Assembly: GCA_028712155.1 (NCBI GenBank)
Contig: JAQTQO010000004.1
Location: 1-61,706 of the forward strand
DNA: 61,706 nucleotides
Direction of reading: 5' to 3'
Origin: Patescibacteria group bacterium
GTDB lineage: Bacteria; Patescibacteriota; Patescibacteriia; Buchananbacterales; GWA2-38-13
Both the position numbers and the translations under genes were made by a program. This document shows, in pieces, positions 45,292-53,202 of the stretch (positions are counted from its first letter, which is position 1; each line of letters opens with the position of its first letter). The notes under the pieces are model-generated. The model was not told the origin of the DNA. It searched no databases and saw only the letters and a list, made by a program, of their open reading frames with translations.

Positions 45292-46479
45292 CTATCCCCG
45301 TTTGACGCACACGAAGAAACGTTTGCCTTTCTGGATCGTCGCGTGGTTGGGAACTTCGTACTGTTCGTCTTTAACCACCGCGCCGTTCACTTTGACGCCG
45401 CCCTGCGCGATCAACCGCCGCGCTTCAGACTTGGATTCCGCCAGCTTGCAGTCGACTAACGCGTCAAGCAACGTCTTAGCCAGGGTGGTAACTTCCGGAA
45501 TCTCGGCCGGCATTTCCTTGCGTTCAAAAACTTTTTTGAAATGTTCTTCGGCGGAAATCGCCGCGGCCTTGCCGTGATAGAGCTCGACGAGTTTGTACGC
45601 TAAAAGCATCTTGGCAATTTTCGGATTTTTGCCGGCGACCAGTTCGTTTTTAATCTGCACCACTTCCGGCAGCGGCATAACGGTAATCAATTCGAATGCC
45701 AGCGGGATGAGCGTATCGGGCCACGACATCACTTTGCCGTACATTTCATCCGGCGCGTCCTCGAGCGCAACAAAATTGCCTTCGGTCTTACCCATTTTCT
45801 TGCCCGTCGGGTCAACGAGCAGCTTGCAGGTGAGCACATACTTTTCCTTGTTGCGGTTTTTCATCATCTCGCGGCCGACCAGCATGTTGACGGTCTGGTC
45901 ATTGCCGCCGATTTCCACATCCACATCCATCGCAACGGAATCGTAACCCTGCAGCAGTGGGTATAAGAGTTCGTGCAGCCGGACTTCTTTACCCTGCTTG
46001 AGACGCTCCTGGAACATATCGCGCTCCCAGATGCGCGCGGCGGAAAGTTCTGACGCGAGTTCCAAGAATTTATCCGCTTTGATCTTCCCCCACCATTCTG
46101 AGTTATATCGAAATTCAGTTTTCTTGGGATCGAGAATCTTCCCAATCAATTGCTGATAACCTTTGGCGTTGGCAAGCACCTGCGCCTTCGTCAACGGCTT
46201 GCGCGTAGCCAGCTTGTCGGTCGGATCGCCGATCATGCCGGTGAAATCACCAATCAGCAGAATTATTTTATGCCCAAGCTGCTGCAGCTGCCGCAATTTC
46301 AAAAGTATGACGCCGTGGCCGAGATGTAGTTGGCCCGTGGGGTCAATGCCGTTGTAAATGGTCAGCTGCTTGCCCGACTTGAGCGCCTGGGCAAACGCGT
46401 CTTTACTCGGGTAGACATTCTCAACCCCGCGTTCCAATACTTCGGCGATCAACCGCGGATCGGTAAAAATTTTTGGCAT
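45292..46479 (-). CDS. tyrS: tyrosyl-tRNA synthetase
   Basis: HLGH and KMGKT motifs. C-terminal S4 domain. Confidence 0.97.
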   Translation of the reverse strand: MPKIFTDPRLIAEVLERGVENVYPSKDAFAQALKSGKQLTIYNGIDPTGQLHLGHGVILLKLRQLQQLGHKIILLIGDFTGMIGDPTDKLATRKPLTKAQVLANAKGYQQLIGKILDPKKTEFRYNSEWWGKIKADKFLELASELSAARIWERDMFQERLKQGKEVRLHELLYPLLQGYDSVAMDVDVEIGGNDQTVNMLVGREMMKNRNKEKYVLTCKLLVDPTGKKMGKTEGNFVALEDAPDEMYGKVMSWPDTLIPLAFELITVMPLPEVVQIKNELVAGKNPKIAKMLLAYKLVELYHGKAAAISAEEHFKKVFERKEMPAEIPEVTTLAKTLLDALVDCKLAESKSEARRLIAQGGVKVNGAVVKDEQYEVPNHATIQKGKRFFVCVKRG

Positions 46480-46512
46480 AAGAAGAAATTGAATGATCTT
46501 TAAAAAAATGTA

Positions 46513-49500
46513 TTATCCGAGCGTCAATAGCTGTTCTTTTAATTTTTCCACCTTGTGCTGCTGCGCAGTTAACTTTTCGCGTTCGGCAGATACCACCGCC
46601 TCGGGCGCGCGTTCGACAAAATTTTTGTTGGAAAGTTTTGCTTCCAGCTGCTTCAGATAATTTTTGGCTTCCTGGAGCTCGCGGGTAATGCGTTCGCGCT
46701 CTTTAGAAACGTCCAGCAACCCGGCAAGCGGCAAATGAATAGTCACTCCGGAAACTACGGCCGATGCCGCCTGCGATGGTTTGGCAAGTTTGGCCTCGAC
46801 GGTCAATTCACTGCAACGGGCAAGCGCGGTAATTACGGGTACTTGCGATTTGAGTAGCCGAGTGTGTTTGCCGGCGGCGATCTGGACGGGAACGCGCTTG
46901 GCCGGCTCAACTTTGGCCTCCGAACGCAGGTTGCGAATCGCCGTAACCACTGATTGTACGAGTGCAAAATCTTTTACTACTTTCGCGCGGCCGGCTTTTG
47001 GCCAGGACTGAATTATCAGGAGTTTTCCTGTACCAAACCGTTCCCACAGATGTTCGGTTACAAACGGCGTGAACGGATGCCACAATTTCAGCACCTGCTG
47101 CAATATATAGGAGAGGATTTTTTCCTTGCCGCCTTCGACCTTGGCGATTTCCAAATACCAGTCGGCGAATTTACTCCACGTGAATTCGTACACGGCTTCA
47201 CCCACAGCGGAAAATTCGTAGTGGTCAAGGCCGGTAGTGGCGCGCTTGATAAGGGCATCAAGCTCCGCCAGAATCCAGCGGTCGGCTAATGTCTTTGGCG
47301 TCGGCGCGGCTTTCACTGGCTTCAACTCCCCCACCGTCATGGAGACAAACCGCGCGATGTTCCAGAGTTTGTTGACGAAATTCCGGTACGACGAAATTTT
47401 TTCCTCCCACAGCTGTGTGTCGTTGCCGGCGGTGGTGCCAATCACCAAGCTGAGTCGCATCGCATCGGCGCCGTACTTTTGAATCATGTCCACCGGGTCG
47501 ATCGCGGTTTCCGGCCGCGACTTGGACATCTTGCGGCCGAGCTTGTCGCGCACCATGCCATGGAAATACACCTGGCGGAACGGCACCTCGCCGACCAAAT
47601 ACGTGCTCATCAAAATCATGCGCGCCACCCAGAAAAACAACAGGTCATAGCCGGTCTCCATTAGATTGGTCGGATGAAACGATTTCAAATCTTTCGTCTT
47701 CTCTGGCCAGCCGAGGGTCGAGAACGTCCACAGCCCGGACGAAAACCACGTATCCAAAGTATCCGGGTCCTGCTGCCACCTGTCCTCCGAAGCTTTAGCG
47801 GAGGAGAGCTCCCCTGCCGGTGCTTGCAGCCCAACGTAAGTTAATTCTCGCAGGGTGTACTTCCAGCCCGGCTGCCAGGATTTCGTTTTTCGCCAATCGG
47901 AAGCTATCGCTTCCTGCCAGGTCTTTCCGTTCAGCAAAACTTCAAGCGCAAACTGCGGCGTTTTGTGGGCAACAATGGCAACGCGCTTGCCGGCGTATTT
48001 TGCGCCAATCTCTTGCAGGAAATTCCGCACGCGGTTTTCAACATCGGTCAAACTTTCGCCTTTCGGATACGATGTATCGATTACGTCGGATTGCATCGCG
48101 TTCACCTTCTTTTCATTTGCGCGCGTGAGTGTCCCGTAGTCGCACTCCCGCAGCCGTTTATCTTGAACAATTTTATACCGATCGCCGAACGCGGTTTCAG
48201 CGGTCGCAACGGCGCGGGATAAATCAGAGCAGAACACGACATCAAAGGTTTGCCCTTTAACCTGGTCTTTCAGCTCCCGGACTTGCCGTACACCAAGTTC
48301 AGACAGTTTGGCGTCGGCCTGACCCGAGGCTTTCTCCGCTTCATTATCCACGGTAGCGCCGTGCACGAAATACGTGATGTCGACCGCCTTTGCCGGACGC
48401 GCATACCACACTGGAATGCGGTGACCAAACCAAATCTGCCGCGAGATGCACCAATCGCGCAGATGATTCATCCAATGAAAATATGTTTTGGTAAAACGGT
48501 CCGGGATTATTTCAACGTCGCCAGCGCGCACGACTTCAGCGGCGCGCTGTTTCAAGGTTTTACCCTTCAATACTTTTGATGGTTTGTTAACGGCCACAAA
48601 CCACTGCTTGGACGGCAGCGGTTCGACCGGCGTACCGCAGCGGTAGCACACCGACAGATTGTGCACGTAATTTTCGTCGATGCGGTCAACCAGACCTTTG
48701 GCCTGGAGTTTGGCGACAATTTCTTCACGACTTCCTCGCGCGTCTTTACCCGCAAACGTTCCGGCCGCTTGCGTCAGTTTTCCGTCTTCGTCAATGATCG
48801 GCACAACCGGCAGCTTGTACTTTTGCGCCAATTCAAAGTCTTCAAAGCTGTGCGCCGGGGTGATGGTCATCGCACCGGTACCAAAATCCTTGTCGGCCAC
48901 TTTGTCGGCGATGACGTGGGCTTTGACTTTGCCCTCGATCCACTCGATCTCCATTTCTTTCCCATGGAGATGTTTGTAGCGTGCGTCGTCGGGATGCACG
49001 ATGATGGTTTTGTCCTGGAATTTCGTTTCCGGCCGCGCCGTACCGATGACCACCGGGCCGTACTTGAAGTAGTAGAATTTCGTTTTCTGCTCCTTGTACT
49101 CCACCTCATCGTCCGAAAGCGTTGAGTGGCAGCGCGGACACCAGTTCACGATGCGGTAACCGCGATAGATCAAACCATCGCGGTGCATCCGCACGAATGC
49201 CTCCGACACCGCGGCTGACAACCCGGCATCCAATGTGTAGCGTTCGCGCGACCAGTCGCACGACGAGCCCATCTTGCGGGTCTGCCGGCGGATGGTGCCT
49301 TGCGAATCAGAAACGAATTTCCTGACCCGCTCCAAAAACGCTTCGCGGCCGAGTTGATTTTTCGTCTGGCCTTCTTTCGCAATTAATTTTTCCACCACCG
49401 CTTGTGTCGCAATCGCCGCATGGTCGGTGCCCGGCAGCCACAAAACTTTACGGCCGCGCATCCGCTGGAACCGCGCCACGATATTCTGCAAGGCAAGCAT

Positions 49501-49692
49501 CACCGCGTGGCCGGCATGCAAAACACCGGTCGCGTTAGGCGGCGGCATGGAAATCGTAAATGGCCTACCTTTAGACACTAAACGATCCGGCGCGAAGTAG
49601 CCGGATTTTTCCCATGTCGCGTAAATGCGGTCCTCAACACCCTGCGGATTGTATGCCGAAGGAATGGAAGATTTTTCCTTGTTTTTTGTCAT
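46513..49692 (-). CDS. valS: valyl-tRNA synthetase carrying an inserted histidine-phosphatase-like domain
   Basis: PPPNATGVLHAGH and KMSKS motifs, CP1 editing domain, C-terminal coiled coil. Insert encoded at 47839-48393. ATG 49692 (the track start is GTG 49698). Confidence 0.95.
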   Translation of the reverse strand: MTKNKEKSSIPSAYNPQGVEDRIYATWEKSGYFAPDRLVSKGRPFTISMPPPNATGVLHAGHAVMLALQNIVARFQRMRGRKVLWLPGTDHAAIATQAVVEKLIAKEGQTKNQLGREAFLERVRKFVSDSQGTIRRQTRKMGSSCDWSRERYTLDAGLSAAVSEAFVRMHRDGLIYRGYRIVNWCPRCHSTLSDDEVEYKEQKTKFYYFKYGPVVIGTARPETKFQDKTIIVHPDDARYKHLHGKEMEIEWIEGKVKAHVIADKVADKDFGTGAMTITPAHSFEDFELAQKYKLPVVPIIDEDGKLTQAAGTFAGKDARGSREEIVAKLQAKGLVDRIDENYVHNLSVCYRCGTPVEPLPSKQWFVAVNKPSKVLKGKTLKQRAAEVVRAGDVEIIPDRFTKTYFHWMNHLRDWCISRQIWFGHRIPVWYARPAKAVDITYFVHGATVDNEAEKASGQADAKLSELGVRQVRELKDQVKGQTFDVVFCSDLSRAVATAETAFGDRYKIVQDKRLRECDYGTLTRANEKKVNAMQSDVIDTSYPKGESLTDVENRVRNFLQEIGAKYAGKRVAIVAHKTPQFALEVLLNGKTWQEAIASDWRKTKSWQPGWKYTLRELTYVGLQAPAGELSSAKASEDRWQQDPDTLDTWFSSGLWTFSTLGWPEKTKDLKSFHPTNLMETGYDLLFFWVARMILMSTYLVGEVPFRQVYFHGMVRDKLGRKMSKSRPETAIDPVDMIQKYGADAMRLSLVIGTTAGNDTQLWEEKISSYRNFVNKLWNIARFVSMTVGELKPVKAAPTPKTLADRWILAELDALIKRATTGLDHYEFSAVGEAVYEFTWSKFADWYLEIAKVEGGKEKILSYILQQVLKLWHPFTPFVTEHLWERFGTGKLLIIQSWPKAGRAKVVKDFALVQSVVTAIRNLRSEAKVEPAKRVPVQIAAGKHTRLLKSQVPVITALARCSELTVEAKLAKPSQAASAVVSGVTIHLPLAGLLDVSKERERITRELQEAKNYLKQLEAKLSNKNFVERAPEAVVSAEREKLTAQQHKVEKLKEQLLTLG

Positions 49693-49716
49693 AACCACGT
49701 GTGCGGTACGGGTTTC

Positions 49717-49745
49717 ACTATGCCACGAAAAACGTTCTCCGGCAA
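49717..49745 (-). promoter_or_regulatory. possible valS promoter
   Basis: Minus strand TTGCCG-17 nt-CATAGT. Confidence 0.35.
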
Positions 49746-49794
49746 GCTCGTTTTGGATGTTCCATACATTTTTTACGATCCAGGGCCATCACCC

Positions 49795-49823
49795 TTGACA
49801 ACAATTTCCCTTCCCGATACGAT
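49795..49823 (+). promoter_or_regulatory. sigma70-like promoter
   Basis: TTGACA-17 nt-TACGAT. Confidence 0.55.
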
Positions 49824-49880
49824 GGTTGACTTACTTGACCATCGGGACAACGGAGGGGCCCGAGTGAATCCCCCGATTTC

Positions 49881-51035
49881 ATGGCATTGACGTTACCCGA
49901 ACAGGTCGCCGCTGCGGTGCAACGCAGCCAGCATCTCCTCATTACCTTCCCCAAGGACCTGCGCCTCGACGCGCTGGCTTCGGCGTTAGCGTTGGGCGCG
50001 GTGCTGCGCCAGCAAGGCAAAGTCCTTGACCTGGTCGCGGACGGTTTTGCGGCGGTTCCTTACGATTTCCTGCCGAAGCTCCACATCACGCCGAAGGTCG
50101 AAGGCTTGCAGCAATTTGTCATCAAGGTCAAACTCAACGATGCGAAGCTCGAACAGTTCAGCTACGACCTCAAGGGCAAAGAGCTCAACATCTACTGCAC
50201 GACGCGCGGCGGTGCGCTCAAACCGCAAGACGTCTCCGCCGAAAGCGGCGGGTTCCGCTACGACCTCATCATTGCCGTCGGCGCTCCCGACCTCGCGTCG
50301 CTGGGAAAAATCTACACCGACCATCGTGAATTTTTCGAACGCACAACGATTGTCAACATCGACCACCAGGCCGGGAACGAACACTACGGGCAAATCAATG
50401 CCGTTGACTTGAATGCGGCTGCGACCGCCGAGGTTGTGTACGATCTCCTGCCGGCACTCCGCCCGGCGGCGACGCCGGAACCGCCGCTGGACCGCGCCGT
50501 GGCGACCGCCCTGCTGGCCGGAATGATTTCCGCCACGCACAGCTTCCGCAGCAGCAAAGTGACGGCGAAAACTCTGCGCATCGCCAGCGCCCTGGTGGCT
50601 GCCGGCGCCGACCGCGACACGATTATCCGGACGCTCTACCAGAGCCATTCCGTTTCCACCCTCAAACTCTGGGGGCGCACGCTCGCCCGGCTGCGCAGCG
50701 ACGTGAACGGCAAGCTGGTGTGGGCGCCGGTGCCGGAATCGGATTTTCTCGAGTCCAGCGCCAGCGCCGACGACCTGCCCGGCGTGACCGACGCGTTGAT
50801 TACGACGCTGCCGGCCGCCGTGGTGGTGGTCCTCCTCATCCAGGAAGGGCCGGACGTCATGGTACGGCTCTCGAGCCTGCGGCACTTCCACGCGCTGCAG
50901 CTCGCCCGCCAATTCCCCGCGCATGGCGACCAAAGCTCCGCCACATGGAAAATGCCGCAGCGCACCCTGCCCGACGCCGAGCGCGAGGTGATCGCCGCGA
51001 TCAAAGAAAATCTCGAAGAGCTCGAGCAGATATAA
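49881..51035 (+). CDS. NrnA-like DHH/DHHA1 family protein with degenerate catalytic motifs
   Basis: NIDHQAGNEHYG in place of DHH. Overall NrnA-like layout. Confidence 0.5.
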   Translation: MALTLPEQVAAAVQRSQHLLITFPKDLRLDALASALALGAVLRQQGKVLDLVADGFAAVPYDFLPKLHITPKVEGLQQFVIKVKLNDAKLEQFSYDLKGKELNIYCTTRGGALKPQDVSAESGGFRYDLIIAVGAPDLASLGKIYTDHREFFERTTIVNIDHQAGNEHYGQINAVDLNAAATAEVVYDLLPALRPAATPEPPLDRAVATALLAGMISATHSFRSSKVTAKTLRIASALVAAGADRDTIIRTLYQSHSVSTLKLWGRTLARLRSDVNGKLVWAPVPESDFLESSASADDLPGVTDALITTLPAAVVVVLLIQEGPDVMVRLSSLRHFHALQLARQFPAHGDQSSATWKMPQRTLPDAEREVIAAIKENLEELEQI

Positions 51036-51100
51036 AATCAGTCACCCTCCCCTCCTCCCCCGCGTAACGGGAGGAATAATTCGTCGTGCGCGATTAACAA

Positions 51101-51128
51101 TTGTTCAATCCAATATATAAGGTATAGT
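51101..51128 (+). promoter_or_regulatory. promoter of tRNA-Ile
   Basis: TTGTTC-16 nt-TATAGT. The -10 ends 8 nt before the mature tRNA 5' end. Confidence 0.5.
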
Positions 51129-51136
51129 ATAGGTGT

Positions 51137-51209
51137 GGGCCCGTAGCTCAATGGTTAGAGCATCCGGCTTATATCCGGCAGGTTGGGGGTTCGAGTCCCT
51201 CCGGGCCCA
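51137..51209 (+). tRNA. tRNA-Ile, anticodon UAU (no encoded CCA)
   Basis: Hand-folded cloverleaf. 7-bp acceptor GGGCCCG/CGGGCCC, D arm GCTC/GAGC, anticodon loop CTTATAT, T arm GGGGG-TTCGAGT-CCCTC. Confidence 0.85.
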
Positions 51210-51232
51210 ATTTCAATAATTGTCCTAACGAA

Positions 51233-51874
51233 ATGAATAAACGAAAAGTCATTCAACACATAGCTAGAACGGTTCGGCTACGCCTCCGAAACGAAGGAAC
51301 CGGGCACGACTGGTGGCATGTGTATCGGGTATGGAAGATGACGCAACGCATTGGAAAGAAAGAAGGTGTCGACCTGTTTGTGGTTGAGCTGGCCGCGTTG
51401 CTCCACGACCTGGCGGATTGGAAATTCCATAGTGCGGCTGCCGGGCCCAGACTGGCCCGGCAAATTTTGTCGAAACGAAAGGTACCTCCCGATGTTACCC
51501 GTCATGTTTGTGAAATCATTTCGACCATCTCATTTAAAGGAGTACGAGCAGAGAAAAAAATACGAACACTGGAGGGTAAGGTCGTGCAAGACGCCGATCG
51601 ATTGGACGCACTGGGTGCGATTGGCATCGCCCGCGCCTTCGCGGTCGGCGGGTATCTCCATCGATCGATTTACATTCCCACACAAAAACCCTCATTGCGT
51701 CTAACGAAAAAAGCGACCCTCAACGGCACCACCATCAATCATTTCTACGAGAAATTGTTACTGCTCAAGGATCGCATGCACACGAGAACTGCGAAAAACT
51801 TGGCCGGGAAGCGCCATGCGTACATGGAAACGTACGTAAAAAGATTTTTTCAGGAATGGGACGGCAAGATATAA
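51233..51874 (+). CDS. HD domain phosphohydrolase
   Basis: HDWWH, LLHDLADWK and QDADRLDALGAIGIARAF motifs. Confidence 0.85.
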   Translation: MNKRKVIQHIARTVRLRLRNEGTGHDWWHVYRVWKMTQRIGKKEGVDLFVVELAALLHDLADWKFHSAAAGPRLARQILSKRKVPPDVTRHVCEIISTISFKGVRAEKKIRTLEGKVVQDADRLDALGAIGIARAFAVGGYLHRSIYIPTQKPSLRLTKKATLNGTTINHFYEKLLLLKDRMHTRTAKNLAGKRHAYMETYVKRFFQEWDGKI

Positions 51875-51918
51875 ATCTCGAATAATTCCGCTGTGATCTC
51901 TGGCTGGCGAAGTAACCT

Positions 51919-52359
51919 ATGGAAACCAAGCAATTTATCGCCACCAAGGCGTTCGTCGAATACCGCGGGAAAATTTTAATCGTCCATGAGTCGCCGGGTT
52001 ATCAAGAAGGAACGGCAAAAGGAAAATTCGATGTCGTGGGCGGACGGATAAAACCCGGCGAGCATTATCAAGACGGTCTCAAGCGCGAGGTGAAAGAGGA
52101 AACCGGCCTCGACATCACCATCGGCGAACCGTTCTACGTCGATGAGTGGAACCCCGTGGTCAACGGAGAGCGCTGGCAGATTATTGGCATCTATTTCAAA
52201 TGTCAGGCGGCAATCGATGTTGTTCGATTAAGCGCCGACCACGATGCCTACCGCTGGATCAACCCGGCCACGTACCGCGAGCACAATGTGATGGACGACC
52301 TGCATCCGGTTTTTGAAACCTATCTCCAAACGCAACCGGAACCAGGTTACCCCGTATGA
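51919..52359 (+). CDS. NUDIX hydrolase
   Basis: Nudix box GGRIKPGEHYQDGLKREVKEETGL. Confidence 0.9.
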   Translation: METKQFIATKAFVEYRGKILIVHESPGYQEGTAKGKFDVVGGRIKPGEHYQDGLKREVKEETGLDITIGEPFYVDEWNPVVNGERWQIIGIYFKCQAAIDVVRLSADHDAYRWINPATYREHNVMDDLHPVFETYLQTQPEPGYPV

Positions 52360-52616
52360 ACTACGTACTCTACTTTTTCACCGGCATCCTGCAGGATTTC
52401 CTGCTGACGCTCAACTGGCGGTATGTCGCGCTCAACAAACCGATGCCAGCGGCCATCTATTCATTTCTGACCACGGTGGTAACGATGCTGGTGCTCTATA
52501 ATATCCTGACGCGGCTGGATGCGCAGCGCAGCATTTTTGCGGTCATCATCTACGCACTTGGCGTCGGCACCGGCACGCTGGTGGGGATGAAATTTAAAGT
52601 CGGCGGGAAAAAGTAA
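52356..52616 (+). CDS. DUF5698-like small membrane protein (UPF0316 N-terminal half only)
   Basis: Three TM helices, YALGVGTGTLVG motif, ATGA overlap. Confidence 0.5.
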   Translation: MNYVLYFFTGILQDFLLTLNWRYVALNKPMPAAIYSFLTTVVTMLVLYNILTRLDAQRSIFAVIIYALGVGTGTLVGMKFKVGGKK

Positions 52617-52623
52617 CCGGCAT

Positions 52624-53181
52624 ATGAAAAACCGCGTCATCATCGTTCACGGCTGGAGCGGCTACCCGGAAGAAGGGTGGTTCCCCTGGCTCAAGCGGGA
52701 ACTCCAGCAGCGCGGATTCACTGTCGATGTGCCGCAGCTGCCGAAAGCGGCCACACCCAACCGCAAAGAGTGGATCGCGGCGCTGACGAAAGTCATTGGC
52801 AAACCGAATCGCCACACGTTCTTGGTCGGTCACAGCCTCGGCTGCTACACCATTCTCAAATACATCGAACGCCTGCGGTGGTTTCAGCGGACGGGCGGCG
52901 CCGTGCTGGTCGCGGGGTTTGCCAGTCTCAACATCCTCCCGCTCAACAATTTCTATTCCGCGCCGCTCGACTGGAAAAGAATCAAACGGCACGCCGGCCG
53001 CATCACCGCCATCAATTCGACGAAAGATCCGTACGTGCCGTTGGCCAAAGGCGAGGAGCTCCGCGACCAGCTCGGCGCAAAGCACGTCGTCCTCGACGGG
53101 TACCGGCACTTCAGCGGCCACGAAGGTGTCAAAGAGCTTCCGGCGGCGCTCGATGCCGTGCTGGAGATAACCGAACCGTAA
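52624..53181 (+). CDS. RBBP9/YdeN-family alpha/beta serine hydrolase
   Basis: VIIVHGW, GHSLGC nucleophile elbow, C-terminal GHF. Confidence 0.85.
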   Translation: MKNRVIIVHGWSGYPEEGWFPWLKRELQQRGFTVDVPQLPKAATPNRKEWIAALTKVIGKPNRHTFLVGHSLGCYTILKYIERLRWFQRTGGAVLVAGFASLNILPLNNFYSAPLDWKRIKRHAGRITAINSTKDPYVPLAKGEELRDQLGAKHVVLDGYRHFSGHEGVKELPAALDAVLEITEP

Positions 53182-53202
53182 GGTGCCGCTATCCTCCAGC
53201 GT

